64,000 bases of DNA from Octopus sinensis (GCF_006345805.1 NC_042999.1:16926001-16990000), one strand, 5' to 3'. Positions 26,380 to 40,889 are shown, counted from the stretch's first letter. A program made the numbers and translations. Notes: generated by a model not told the origin, from the letters alone.

Positions 26380-28995
26380 ATGAAAATGTATTAAAATGTA
26401 TATGTACACATTCATGTGTTTGTGCATGCATATTAAATACTTGTCTATAATTTTTTTTTAGTATTTGTTATTAAGGATTTTTTCTTATTTCCATCTTCGT
26501 CTCATGTTCAGTTTGAATTTAAGCATAAAACATTGTTGCAAATGCATTTATAACAAGGAATCATCGCCAGACCAAACTTCCTACAGCACAGCTAATTAGC
26601 CATATTCTTCTGACACAATATGACTCTGACACAAGCAGCAGCATACAAAATGCACCTGCGATGCTCTGGTACTACATTAAAAAGAAAAGTATTTGATTCT
26701 TTCGCATATGACTGGCTTATCAGAATGCTGAAGCTGCATCAAATTTAGTGACACAGACGCGAATGTCATTAAAGCAGCAATGAAAATGAGGCGAATAAAC
26801 TTATAGTCATAGATAACATAGTAACTGTAAGTTTGAGCCTCGAAGGAATATCAACTGGAGTATTCCATTGTGAAGTTACAATCGGTGTTTAATTAATCGT
26901 TTGGATTTTGCCTTCGGTACACAATATCTGCAAAGGGAGGACTAAGTTAAACTGCAACCGCATCATTAGTGATGAGTAAACAAATTGTATGCTGCAAATA
27001 GTTCTCCGAATCTCTTCAGTGCTGACAAGCGAACGAAAATGGGCCAGTAACTATTTGTTGATTTGCAAAAGAGAAATTGCAAGATTACAAATGAGGTAGA
27101 ATACCAAGTTACGGATATAAACTGGAACTTCAAAGAAGGGTGATAAAACCTTAACCCTAACCCTAAATGAAAATGCAATATTATCATATGAATTACGGAG
27201 ATGTACTTGCATAGCGAGTGACTTGATCTGAGATCGTGTGCTGGAACGAAAACAATTGCAGCGTGGAAAGTGTTTATAAGCCATTTAAGAAACACACAAA
27301 ACCATTAGTTTCGTTTCAGCGTTTAAATTTAATTTGTCAAAATATTTTCGTCGCTTTGAGACCGCGACCTGTTCACTGACAAAACTTCGTGCTCCATCGC
27401 TTCGTGTTGTTGTTATCATATGAATGTTAGACCATAAGAATATTTAACGAATATTTTGCTTGTCAACATATTTAAATTCTCATCTTCATTGTAAGAACAG
27501 TGTCTTTGCTAGCATTAAATTGGTTCGTAATTGACCTCAAACGAAATAGTTCTCACATTTATCGACTGTATTTAGAAGAGAATTATTATGACAGAGGACA
27601 ACTGAACATGACGTAAAAAGTTTAAGAAGACAGCTATGAATATTGTTCATTCGCTAAGTTTTCAATTCACGATACGATGCTTCATGTCCCTGTTGATTAT
27701 AATGGTTGAAAATGTATCAAATCGATTACATCCGCAGCAGAGTTCCACCACCACCACCAGCATCTTGTGTTATTTCTGCTTTCTATGTGAGCCAAACTAT
27801 TAGCTAAATTCTAAATCTAATGTTGAAGCCAGACATTATTCTGCTGTCACTTAAGTTAACCGCGGTGAACAAGCATAACGGAAAGCCTTTATATAAGAAA
27901 TATTGTTGCGAACTGGATACCGCATTTAGAAATTAAAAGGAAAAAAATAGCTTGGATTAACAATCTCAGCTTGAGTGGCGACACATTGGCGATCCTTGAG
28001 TAGGATGATGTCGCTAGTTATAATGTTTGGAAATTAATAATTCATTTAAAGATTGCATAATTCCCTGTGCAACGTATTTTCAGGTATAATATACAGCCAC
28101 TTATTGGAATATCCGACATTAACTTGGAAAATATACTTGCAGGTCCTCAATGTCGAAAAGCTGATTTATACATGGGTTGCCAAAGTCGTTTGGGGCATCG
28201 AATAGAATACATAGCAGTGTTTGTTTCGTATCTCTGCACCCTAAGATCAGATTTTGCGGGAGTCAACTTTGCATTTTCCTCCTTCCGTAGACGATTAAAA
28301 AAGTACCAACCAGTTTCTCGTCGAAACAGTAAGACTCGATAGAAGCCATGTAGTATTTATTTAAGTTCCAATGTGTTTTGAGTTCAAAACCTGTCATGGG
28401 TCTCCTTGGTGGGTAGACTTCATCAGCCGATCAGCTTAACACTAGTAACTGGCACCTTGCATGCCTCCAGTTGAGTCCACTTTGTTGTAAGAATTCGAGC
28501 CAAGCTTACAATGTAAGAATAGCGTCCATTTTACATCTCATCAGTCTCAGAGTTTCTTTTTTCACTAAATGATAAAGTACACCTATTCATTTAAACTTTT
28601 CAATGAAATACATTTGTGGTACTTTAATGAACCACCACCACCGGTTATATGAAATAATAATAGGAAAATATTGTGAAATGTCAGCGAACAGACGAGCCAT
28701 CAGATAATACAGAGTAAAAGGGATAGTATTTTATATAAATGACAACAGCTTTATTATCGAAATTTATGCACGTATCTATACTGTTGCTTAGAGGCAAGCT
28801 AATGAGCTGAGAAATTAGATCAACTAACTGTGGCATGAAGAATATAAGATTGTATGGCAGTTAAGGAATGTGTTTACTCATTCACATATACATAATCTTC
28901 GCATAGCTGCGAACTCGAAAGACAGTGTTAGTAAAATGCACAACATTTAGATAAATAACACACCATTTCTGTTTCATAATTTATGTTATTTGCAT

Positions 28996-29137
28996 TATTT
29001 ACATTTGACGGATATTTGTCCTTATCTTGTTTGTTGTTAACACAACGTTTCGGCTGATATACCCTCCAGCCTTCATCAGCCGAAACGTTGTGTTAACAAC
29101 ACACAAGATAAGGACAAATATCCGTCAAATGTAAATA
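28996..29137. repeat. Inverted repeat (63-bp arms, 16-bp spacer) centred on a hammerhead core
   Basis: Arms 28996-29058 and 29075-29137, one mismatch. Minus strand 29079-29039 reads CTGATGA-A-GGCTG-loop-CAGCC-GAAA-CGTT-GTGTT. Confidence 0.9.
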
Positions 29138-29212
29138 GTGTAAATAATGTACAAAATTCCTCGCTTCTTAAATATAGAACTGCATTTCTGTTTCAATAAT
29201 ATATGACACGGA

Positions 29213-29790
29213 GGGTGGCGAGCTGACAGAAACGTTGGCACGCCAGGCGAAATCCTTAGTGGTATTTCCTCTGTTTTTATGTTCTGAGTTCGAATTCTGC
29301 CGAGATCGACTTTGCCTTTCATCGTTTCGGGGCCGATTAAATAAGTACCAGTTACGCACTAGGGTCGATATAATCGACTCAATCCGTTTGTCTGTCCTTG
29401 TTTGTCCCTTCTTTGTTTAACCCCTTGTGGGTAGTAAAAAGAAATACGTATTTCGTCTGTCATTACATTCTGAGTTCAAATTCCGCCGAGGTCGAGTTTG
29501 CCGAGGATTTCGGGGTCGATTAAATAAGTACCAGTTACGCACTGGGGTCGATATAATCGACTTAATCCGTTTGTCTGCCCTTGTTTGTCCTCTCTGTGTA
29601 TAGCCCCTTGTGGGTAGTAAAGAAATAGGTATTTCTTCTGTTTATTACGTTCTGAGTTCAAATTTCGTCGAGGTCAAATTTGCCTTTCATTCTTTCGGGG
29701 TCGATAAATTAAGCACCTGTTGTGCACGATCTAATGGACTGGGCCCCTCCCCAAAAATTTCGGGCCTTGTGTCTAGAGTAGAAAAGATTA
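29213..29790 (+). mobile_element. SINE family A, compound copy
   Basis: Family A head followed by about three tandem body units. Confidence 0.88.
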
Positions 29791-31611
29791 ATATATGACG
29801 CGCTCGAACTACTGTCGTTGATTTACCGAATAATTGTTCCACGCGCACTGTAGGATGTAGCTTATCGTAGGTAAACGTTTAACCAGCTTGCCATCTCTTT
29901 TATGTGCATTCTGTTATGTAACAATCTATATGCTAGTGTTTTACAGACATAACGGAGGTGGAATGAAATCTTATCTTTCATAACTCTCTGCTCTTAACAT
30001 AATTTGTGTGCACATCAACATGTCATATGAGACTAATGTAGTGCCTGACACAACTCTATATCTATGTATATGTGTAAAGCTTGGGGTTGCCAACATAGAA
30101 AAATACAGTTATTGTCTTTAAAAAATAGTCATATCTAAATCCATTCGCATAGAAAATGAAAAGGTGAAAAAGAGGAATGGATGTTCTTCGAATATCCTAT
30201 TTTGCTCAGAATTGCTTCTCTCTGTGTATCAATAGAATGTTTTGTCATTTCTTCATGGCATATTTGAAATATTCACTTATGATTAGAGACAACTTACTTA
30301 TGACTCGTATTTACAGAAACTACAGCAAGCGCTCTCTCTTAAGACTTCTTTTAGTCAATTTCTTTTATGGTATTACCCTCCTTTCTCCTACCAAATATTT
30401 TCTTTGAGCAGTAACTGATAGTTACAAACACAACTTTTGATGCATCCATCCTTTTATTCAGGTAGAGAGTTTGTTTTACATTAGATAATTCATTCTCTAC
30501 GAAATAATTGAATTTAAGGTTTCATACGCTGATAGTGTTACGTCTGTTGGATTTGCAGTTTCATCCCCTAATTGTATGAATTAAAAGGATTTTCTGCTCA
30601 ATGAGCCATTCTGGTGTTCTTTCTGGATTTTCAGTAGATCAATATAAATTACAAGTTTTTACATTTACTTGTCAAATAACTTTCTCAACCATAAGTTTTG
30701 TAGGTTGGAATGACGACAGAGCTTTTCCGTAATGCTCAGAGTTTGTATTTATTTTCAAACGACTTCTCCATGATGATGTGTTTTCCGTCTATACTTCTCG
30801 TAAGAAATATCTAATTTCCTTTTCAGGTTTCATTACAATGACTGACCAATCGGATACTGTTTTTATCGAATCTTTCTTTTATCTTGTTCAGGAGGGAAGC
30901 CAGAGCACATAGCAAGTTACGTTCAAGACTGATTAAAATGAAGGAAGATATTATCTTCAAACGGAAAACCAAGTCGGAATGCTTAGCAGTCTTTGTTTCG
31001 AATCTCTGCACCCTGAGATCAAATTTTGTTGGAATCAACTTTTCATTTTCCCTCTTTCCGTAGTCGATTAAAGAAGTACCAACTGAAACCAGTTGCTCGT
31101 CGAAACGCTAAGACTCGATAGATGTCTTGTAGTATTTATTTAAGTATCCAAGTTGGTAGTTGGTCGTATTGGACTAGGCGATAAGTTAAGCGTACCATCC
31201 AAGACAACTATAGCAAAACTTGAATTCAGAATCTAATGAACCGAAACAATTACTGCAAATTCTGCAGCACATTATTAATTCCACCAATCCATTCCTCTAG
31301 ATTCCAGCACGTATTTCTTGACCTAGGACGAATGAAAATTAAAATTGATCACACTGGGATTTGAACTCGATGAATCCATGATCACTTTTCATTCAGTTTT
31401 AATAAGATTCTCGTATTTCGGGTGTCACTTCGTACCAACTGCCTTTTCTATACTTGTCTTAGATTTCTGATATAATTGTGCCTGTTTTTTTTTTCTGTCC
31501 ATTTGTGTCTTTTCATTATTGATCTGCTTGTAGGTTTTGCACACAGACACAGACGTGCTTGCGTGCACGTATGCACCCTGGTATATATATATATATATAG
31601 ACATATGTGTC

Positions 31612-31646
<35 letters not shown>

Positions 31647-31795
31647 CTATAGATACATGAATATACATATATATTCACATATGCATAAGCAAACACACAC
31701 GCCCACATATACAAATAGAAGGTTAAATACACATTTTATATGTATAGCAAGTAAAATACTTTTCTCAAATTATGTATCAGTCTATCATATATATA

Positions 31796-31826
<31 letters not shown>

Positions 31827-31834
31827 ATATCTAC

Positions 31835-31873
<39 letters not shown>

Positions 31874-32237
31874 AAAGGGCTTAGTAAAATAAATTACTTT
31901 GCCGCATACTGAAGCTCGTTAGAAATAGCAGCTAAAAAACCTATTTCTAACACTTAAAGAAAACCTCTCTCATATAGTGCTTGCTCAATTCAACCCAAGA
32001 AAGTATGAGGAGAGACATTAAAAAATCAAATGCAAAGTTTATTTGAGTACGTACGTTTCAAGATTAGCCAAATTCGACCTTTATTTTACTAAGCCCTTTT
32101 ATATAATGTAATATTTTGAATTTGCCTTAATGGTCCCTTTGCATACTGAATACTTGGTGAAATTGATTAATTAATTAATTAATTTTACCCTCAATTGTTG
32201 AATTATATATAATAATATATATATATATACTCTACAT

Positions 32238-32295
<58 letters not shown>

Positions 32296-32787
32296 ATATA
32301 TAATATTCTACATATATATATATATAGTCATTGTAAGCTGAGACGATAAGACGTGTTTTTACTCCTCTCTGCGCCGGTCAGCAGCAAGCTTCACAGCTAC
32401 ATTCGTCGTAATTGACCATCACATATATTCCTGTATATTTGAAACCACGCTTTTTTTTCCCAACTCGTGAGTAGACTTTTCCTTAACCACAAACTATTTT
32501 CATAATTTTCACAAACGACCAAATATTTTCAAACACCTTCTGATAACTAAAGGATCACCCACACATTAAAAAATTAGAAAAAGAGGGGAAAAAAAAAGAA
32601 AAGAAAAGAAAGATAAAATAACTACAAGCTCATAATTCAAATACAAACTTCTCAGTATTACAAACCAACATTCTGTACAATCAATTCTACATACTTTCCT
32701 CTTAAAAAAAAAAAATAATAATAATATAATTAAAAGTATCAACAAAACGAACGAACAAAATAAATTTAATAAAACATATCAACCAGA

Positions 32788-33956
32788 ATGGCTAGCCACC
32801 AAAAATCCAACAAAACTGGTCTGATAATGAAGTCGACGTTCTTATCAACACATGGCATGGCCTTACCGAAACAGAGAGCATAGGTGCTTCGTGTCTGAAC
32901 GAAATTGCCTAAACGAACAGTTCACCATTTGCAAACTCGATCTGAACAGCAGATCCAAAATAAATTAAAACAAATCGAAGTTGCTTTTAAATTAATAAAT
33001 AAACACTTCGATAAACTGAGATGTGTTTTCTCTTCGAACGCATCACCGCGCAACAACAACAACAACAACCTCAACAACAACAAAACAACTTCAGCAGCAC
33101 ACCTCAGAGGCAACAACAACAACCTCACAGCAACAACAACAGCTACAGCAACAACACAACTTCAGCAGCAAACAACCTCAGAGGCAACAACAACAACCTC
33201 AACAACAACAACAGGATGAACCACTCCTTGATTCATCTACAATGGCCGATTTGCTAAATGAAAACGATTGACCCCACCCAGTCATCAGGGTCACACAGCA
33301 GGAAGCACCACCCCTTCCTTTCACTGCCCCCAGCACTCAATCATCATCATTGTCAACACCATCTCCTCTGCTTACTACTACTAGTACTACTCCCACTATA
33401 TATCGACAAACATCTTTGTCTTGAATCGACCTCCTCAACATTACCACTGTCAACATCTCTTCTACCTACTACTACTACTACTACTACAGCTACTACTACT
33501 AATGCTATCTCAAGGAATTTACCTCCTACAGGTCACAAAGGTCGCCAAAACTTCAACAAACTATCATCTAACCTTTCACAGCTCACACACACACACGCAC
33601 CTACACACCCACTCGAAACCCCATCATTTGCCGATATTCTCTTCGCCATAGACTGTGCACTGATAGAGACTGCAAATTCACCCATTTACCTGGAACAAAA
33701 CGCTCTATCCCCACAAACTACAACAGCAACCACCATAATACAACATCACCACAACCACCAATATCTCAAACAAGGAATCCCCAAATCTGCCGCTATTCCC
33801 AGCGAGACAGATTGTGTTTGCACAGGGATTGCCCCTTTACCCATCTCCCGGGGACTCGTCGGACATTTAAAGATAACCACTCACATAAAAATAGCCGCGG
33901 CCACAGTCACCTGCGGTTCCCTAGACAGGAAACCACCTCTCCGTCCTCTTTTTAGC
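32788..33956 (+). pseudogene. LINE A ORF1 remnant: Myb/SANT-like N-terminus and two CCCH zinc fingers
   Basis: Across frameshifts: WSDNEVDVLINTW...RSEQQIQNKLKQI. In one open frame: CRYSLRHRLCTDRDCKFTH (33629-33685) and CRYSQRDRLCLHRDCPFTH (33788-33844). Confidence 0.7.
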
Positions 33957-34089
33957 TATAATGAATCTAGCAAAAGAACTGGAAAAAACATCCGAGCTAT
34001 CACATCATCACCCACCGCCACCACTATTACCCCACTACTACTACTACTACACTACACATGCCATTAAAGCAATCAAATAAACAAATCAC

Positions 34090-37070
34090 CAAAACAATTA
34101 AACCATCCACTCTCCTCTCGCCTCAACATTTCTGCTTAATGCCCAGGCATCAGCCCTTCCACCAATACACAAAAATGGAAGATAAGCTTCCTGGAGGACT
34201 GGGTCGAGGCCCATCCAAACCACATCCCTTTCTTCGTCCTCACTGAAACCCATCTTAGTGACCTCCACTTGGAAGCCGAGGTGAAAGTTAAAAATTTCAA
34301 AACCATTCGTGCTGATCGTGTTGGCAGAAGAAAGGGTGGGACTGCCATTTATGTCCATGATTCATTCTCAACAGAAGCCATGAACATATTTTCGAATGGA
34401 TACTGCGAAGCAGTCGCTGTATTCAGTCAACCAACAACTTAACAGTAGTTGGGCTCTACAAGACCACCCAAAACGCCCCTACCATGCTTCAAAGAATGCC
34501 TCAACAGCATAAAGTGTTTCATTCAGCAGTGTCAACCTGACAACATTTTAATGATGGGAGATTTCAACCTTCCCGGGGTTGACTGGTCTACAAACAGTCT
34601 GCCGCCAGGTTCTTCTCTCTCAACCCCTGACAGGGAGGCAGTGAAATCGCTTCTTGACTTCATGGATGACTTCTTGTCCCAACTGGTACTCGAACCAACG
34701 AGATGTCACAAAAACGTCTTAGACTTAATTTTCAGCAATCACACTGATACTATCCACAATATTGCAGTGGAGAAAACCCTACTCTCCGACCATGACATGG
34801 TTCTCTGTGATCTGAGATTTCACTGGCCAAAATGCAAAACAAATGTCATTTTCCTCATGTTCATCCATTTGACACTATGGATTTCCACAATGCAAACTGG
34901 GAAGCGATCAATAATGATCTTGCACACAGTCGATTGGTCCTTCACGCACACATACACACCACTACATCAAAAAGTCCTGGCAGTCACTTGTAGACACCAT
35001 CACGAACATATGTGCAAGAAACACCCCATTAAGATCTGCAAACAAATCTAAGTGTCGAATCCCTAGAAATAGAAAATCTCTCATAAGGAAAATTAAAAGA
35101 ATCAACAAAAAGATCAACATGCTGAAATACTGTCAACAGCAACACACCAACCTGACTGCCATCTCGTCGCTAGAGATTAAAAACATAAACTCCAAAACAA
35201 CATGATGTCTATCATCAATTGTCAGCGAAGAGCTGAAGAGGCTGGGCCATTGAGAAGATCAAACTCAATCCCAAAGTGTTCTTTTCATTGCAAAAAAACA
35301 CAGAGTCACTGGTTCTACTGTTGGCCCTCTGATTGATGAAAATGGTACTCTTCAAGACAATGCCAAAACCATGGGAGAATATTGCAGAAACAATATTGCT
35401 CTGTTTTCAGCAATCCTGATATGACTGATCTGGGCTGTATCAGTGATGTTACTCCCCAATACACTTTATCGGACATAACATTTGGCGCTCCTGATGTCTT
35501 AGCAGCAATAAAGGAAATGAAGCATAATTCAGCAGTAGGTCCCGATAGGTCCCTGCTTGTGTCTTGAAGATGTGTCAAAAACCAACTTGCACCCCCTCTA
35601 GCCAATCTGTGGCGGAACTCACTGGATGCTGGATATATACCAGAAGACCTTCTATCCCAGTCTGTTGTCCCAGTTTTCAAAAAAGGAAACAAATCGTTTG
35701 CCGTGAATTACCGTCCAATCTCACTCACCTCTCATATCATCAAGGTATTTGAGAGGGTGCTGAGATCGCGTATGACTCACTTCCTTGAGAGTCATAATAT
35801 GCTGAACCCCAACCAGCATGGATTCCGTAATGGGAGAGATTGCCTGACGCAGCTACTGCATCATTTTGATGACATTTTGAGAGCCTTGGGAGAGGGTTCC
35901 AACACTGATGTCATCTACCTTGATTTCAGCAAGGCCTTTGACAGGGTTGATCATAAGATCCTTCTGAGAAAGCTGTCCAATATTGGTGTCACTGGAAAGC
36001 TACTGCAATGGATCAAGTGCTTCCTCTCTAACAGAACCCAACATGTTGTAGTCGAGGGAGTCAAATCCAGCCCAGCCAAAGTCAGCAGTGGTGTCCCACA
36101 AGGCACTGTGTTGGGCCCACTTCTCTCATCATCTACATAAATGATATTACTGACACCATCAAACACAGCAACATCAGAACCTTCGCTGATGATTCCAAGC
36201 TCCAGAAGGTCATCAATGGCGTGGATGACCGAATAAACCTTCAGTCAGACCTACTGGCTGTTGTCCAATGGGCGGAAAAGAATAACATGTTGCTAAATGA
36301 AGACAAATTCGAACTGATCCACTTTGGAAGGGAGGACGCTCTGAAACTCCCATACTCTCTTCCTTCTGGAGAAATTCTCATGGCATCCAACAACATCAGA
36401 GACCTGGGAGTAACAGTGGACAACAACATAAGCTGGGCTACACATATAAGCAGCAAAGTTGACATGGCCCGCAGAATGTGTTCCTGGATTCTCAGAACCT
36501 TCCAGTCGAGAGATTCCCACGCTATTATCCTTCTCTTCTCCACTTTTGCCCGACCCCACCTTGAATACTGCTGTCCACTGTGGTCTCCCTACACAAAACA
36601 AAATATTATGAGAATTGAAGCTCCCCAAAGGTCAATCACAAAAAAGATAGATGGCATGTCAGACCTTGACTACTGGGGTAGACTAGAGAAGCTGAAATTG
36701 TATTCACTCCAACGACGCCGTGAACGCTACTTATCTGTATGATGTGGAAAATAATCCATCAGTACTGTCCGAATGATGTTGGCATCACCTTCAAAATGCA
36801 TCCAAGGCTTGGACCACGTGCCATCCGTCCACAACAAAAATCTAAATCGCATCACATAACGACAATACGGCACAACTATTTCACCTCATTTGGACCTGCT
36901 CTCTTCACATTACACCAGGACACGTCAAAAAAGAAACTGACCACACAAATTCAAGAAGTCTTTGGACAAATTCCTTCAAACAGTACCGGAAAACCACCAC
37001 ACACCCGGATATGTCTCCGCAAACAATAACTCTCTGCTCGAATGGGCCTTGGTGCCCAAATCCTGAACTG
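34090..37070 (+). pseudogene. LINE A ORF2 (APE endonuclease + reverse transcriptase), frameshifted
   Basis: ORF fragments 34449..35051, 35703..36140, 36221..36742 and 36739..37029 carry consecutive EN/RT motifs. Confidence 0.93.
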
Positions 37071-37197
37071 AAAGACTTCGCCAGGTGGTGCTATTAAGTT
37101 AGACATGGCCTGGGCCAATACTGGCCAAACCTTTCTAAGTTATTCTAAGTTATATATATAATATATATATATATTATATATATTATATATATATATC

Positions 37198-37242
<45 letters not shown>

Positions 37243-37321
37243 ACATATATATATATTATTATATACATATATATATATATATAATATATATCTACATTAT
37301 ATATATATATATATATATATA

Positions 37322-37352
<31 letters not shown>

Positions 37353-37387
37353 CTACATATATATATATATATATATTATATATATCT

Positions 37388-37438
<51 letters not shown>

Positions 37439-37439
37439 C

Positions 37440-40400
37440 TCTTTTACTCTTTTACTCTTTTACCTGTTTCATCAGCCATCCGGCTGAGCCATGCTGGGGC
37501 ATCGCCCTTGTTGCTACCCTCTCTAATTCCAGCTTGCCGTGGCTGGCCACTGATCTAAGAGAGAGTTTGTAGCTGCTGCCCTTAGGTTACCTTCGTACCT
37601 TGCAGTGGGTTCATCTGGGATCCCGAAAAGCAGCTTGTCTAGATGTTTTTTGAAAATGTCCACATCCGCATCATGTAGATCTCTTAGTTTTCTTGGCAGT
37701 TTGTTGAACAGCTGAGGGCCCCTGAACCCCAGGTTATTACAGTATCTGCTCCTTACCCTGGATGTGGAAGACGGGACCTTTGGCACCACACAGTGACGTC
37801 CTGTACGGGGATTGGAACAGCTCTCAATTCCAAAATTTGGTGCTAGTCCCTCCAGATTTTCCATATGTATATCACTGCATATCTCTCTCGTCTTCGTTCC
37901 AAGGAGTACAAATTGAGTTCCCTAAGCCTCTCCCAATAGTTCTTTTCTTTCATGGTGGAATCCTCTTGGTGAAATGTCTTTGGATTGTCTCAAGCTCTGT
38001 GGTTAGTTTGACACTATGCGGTGACCACAGTTGGGAGCAGTAGTCCAGGCGGCTTAGGACAAATGTCCTCCATAGTGTCAACATGGTCTCGCAGTCTCTT
38101 GTCCGGAATGTCCTCAGGATCCAGCCAGTGAGTCGTCTGCACATTGTCGCCACCTTCGCGATGTGTGAAGAAAAGAATGCATCGTCACTCATGTCTATCC
38201 CCAGGTCCCGTATTGATTTCGATACTGGGATTTCGATCCCTCCTGGACCAGTATAGTTGTGTTGTAATGTATATGTGTTTACAGCTTGATATTGTAAGGC
38301 TTGAAATTTACCAGCATTAAATTGCATGTTGTTGTCTTCAGCCCATTTGTATATGGCATCCAGATCTTGTTGTAAAAGGTCAGCATCAGCTGGGTTTTGA
38401 TTGCCTGTGCTACCTTTGTGTCATCAGCATAGCTAGTGAGGGATGTTGTTTGTGCTACCAAGGGCATGTCAGAGAGCGCCACCAAAAACAGCAAGGGTCG
38501 CAAGACTGTGCCCTGTGGCACCCCGCTTGCTATTGGTGTCTTTCCCGAGAGGGCTCCATTGGCTGCAACCATCTGGCTTCTGTCCTTCAGGAAGTCATGT
38601 ATCCACTCACCTACTTTTCCTGTTATGCCGAGTCTGAGTAATTTGTGACATATCACTCCGTGGTCGACTTTGTCAAAGGCCTTCGCAAAGTCGAGATATA
38701 CCACATCCACCTGTGAGCGATCCAGTAGTTGTTTCAGTACCCAGTCGTAGTGTTGTAACAGCTGCGTAAGGCAGCTTCTCCTGGGCGAAAGCCATGCTGT
38801 ATGTCAGTGAGACGGTTAGTTTCTTCGAGGAACGTGATCAGTTTTTTTCTGATGATTCGTTCCATGACCTTACTTATGTGTGACGTCAGGGAGACTGGCC
38901 TGTAGTTTTTGGCCTCTGCTCTACTCCCTCCTTTGTGGATAGGGCATATGGTGCCTTCTTTTAGCGCCCTGGGCAGTTTACCGTTAGCCAAGGAACCACT
39001 GAAGAGCTTCTTCAGTGGTCCCGCTAGGGCATGCCTGCATGTTTTTAGGAGGACTGCTGGGAATCCATCTGGTCCAGCAGCTGAGTTTATTCTCATTTCT
39101 TCTATGGCAGATATTACATCCCTCTCTGTTATGTCTATGTGGTCGATGGTTGTTGTTTGGTTTTGGAGTGTTGTGGCATCAAAGAAAACTTCTGGGTTTG
39201 TGATTTGCATGTGCCCCAGAGGGGATGTGAACACACTTTTATACTGTTCCTTTAGTATTTCACTTATCCCTTGGGGGTCCTCAGTTAGAGAGCCCTTTTT
39301 ATCAAAGAGTGGGCCAATCTTGCAGTGTACCGAGGTGGTTTCTTTCGCAAATTTAAAGAAGGCTTTAGGGTTTGTTTTAATATTCTCTATGGCCCTGGCT
39401 TCTCTCTCTGCCCTCTCCTTCTCATAGGAAAGTTTGAGTGCAGTTTCCGTTTCAAAAAGTTTCAGGTGGAGTCCCTCATTGTTTCTCTGCCGTGCATTCA
39501 GTTGCTTCGAGAGCTTAGCTCTTCGCCTCATAAGTATTTTCCTGTCTCTGGGAATAACGTTCCTATGCCCGCTGGCTTTTTTCTCCGGGACAAACTTATG
39601 GCATATGTTCTGTATTGTTGTCATGAAATGTTGGAAATGTGTGTTGGTGTCTTGTGTGGTGATGAAGTCACTCCAGTCATGTTTTCGGATCTCTTCGTTG
39701 ATCTTCTTCCAGTTTGCCTTATGGAAGTTTAGACTGGATAGGCCTGTGGTATTTTCTAATGGCTGCGTCTCAACTAACTCTCTCATACCATATATCATTA
39801 CCTCTACTAAGTTGTGATCTGAGAGAATTGTTGGTGTTACCATTATGTTGTGGATGAGCATCGGGTTGCTTGTGAAACAGAGGTCCAAGACATTCTCACC
39901 TCTTGTTGGCCAAAGCACTGCTTGCTCCATGAAAAACTTGCGTGTGAGAGCCAACAAGGACTCTGTCTGTCTCTGTTCAAATGATGTCATTCCAGGGAGG
40001 AGATGGCCATCTGGCCATTTGACTTTCGGAAGGTTAAAATCTCCCAGCAGTAGAATGGTCCAGTTTGTCCAGGACTTCTTCTATTCTTCTGAAGCTATCT
40101 TCAAACACTCCTTCATGACTAGGGGTGTCTGGTGGCCGATATGTGACACATATTACTATTTTCGGTTGTTTCATGTGTACTATCAGTGTGTCACAGACTG
40201 AGTTTGAGTGTGTCAACAGTACTATGGTGTGACATCTTCACGGACTTACAGGGCAACCCCACCATGAGTTCTTTCCTTCCTGTCCGACCGAAAAACAGTA
40301 TACTTCGGTATGTGTATTTTCTGCATCTGCTATACTGCTTGACAGGTGCGTTTCAGTCAGCGCTATGCATATTGCATGGTTGCTTGTGCTCAAGTCCCTA

Positions 40401-40810
40401 AGGTAAGGAATTTTACCCATATTAGTGGGTTTCACCAGACCTCTGACATTCAGCAGAAGCACTGGTGAGACACCGGGGTGTCAATAAAGGCTGACGGTGT
40501 GGCATCTGGGCCGGCGTCAGCGGTGGCCACCCTGGGTCCCTTGATTGTGGTGGTCTTGAGTGCTGTTGTGAGTGCCCCTGACTCTGAAGACGATGTATCC
40601 AGGCCAGTTGTCCCACAATTTCTCTGCCATTTCCACAAAATTTCTTTGTTCTGCTGCCGCCGTCTGCATTTCCTCTGCAAATGTGCGCCTTCTCCTTGTT
40701 GGGGCATTACGCACTATGTCTGCATATTTCTGGGGCAGCTTGTATTTGTTCTGGTTTTGGTTAAGGCATTTTGGTCGAGTGGGTTTGATGCAATTTCCAT
40801 GCAATTTCCA
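37440..40810 (-). mobile_element. CR1-group LINE B, 5'-truncated
   Basis: ORF2 fragments 40238..40462 (LLNVRGL..ALTETHL), 40034..40216 (YRPP), 38734..39990 (LDLCF, SDHN, NYRPVSLTS), 38279..38710 (YLDFAKAFDKVDH, SGVPQG, YADD), 37950..38327 and 37523..37864. 3' tail (GTAAAAGA)n at 37440-37463. Confidence 0.94.
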
Positions 40811-40835
40811 TATATATATATATATATATATATAT

Positions 40836-40889
<54 letters not shown>

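Larger units (their letters stand above)
32327..37152 (+). mobile_element. CR1-group LINE A, near full length, decayed
   Basis: Putative 5'UTR from ~32327, then ORF1 remnant (32788-33956). APE endonuclease motifs: VLTETHL, RADR..RKGGTAIY, GDFNLPGVDW, LDLIFSN, SDHD. RT motifs: NYRPISLTS, QHGFR, YLDFSKAFDRVDH, SGVPQGTVLGP, FADD. C-terminal RPHLEYC and LQRRRER. Ends in (TTCTAAGTTA)x2 followed by (TA)n. Confidence 0.93.

Noticed and set aside
27148-27166. CCCTAA repeats as an interstitial telomere
   Set aside because: Only 2-3 units, embedded in dispersed-repeat-like sequence.
30826-31040. AG-preceded open frames (REARAHSKLRSRL...) and the similar region at 28085-28340
   Set aside because: Both run into diverged SINE-A-like sequence shared between 28210-28370 and 30985-31150; there is no independent coding evidence.
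32327-32360. TCATT and AGACGTG as an Inr/DPE internal promoter of LINE A
   Set aside because: Spacing is about +20 rather than +28, so the promoter call is not supported.
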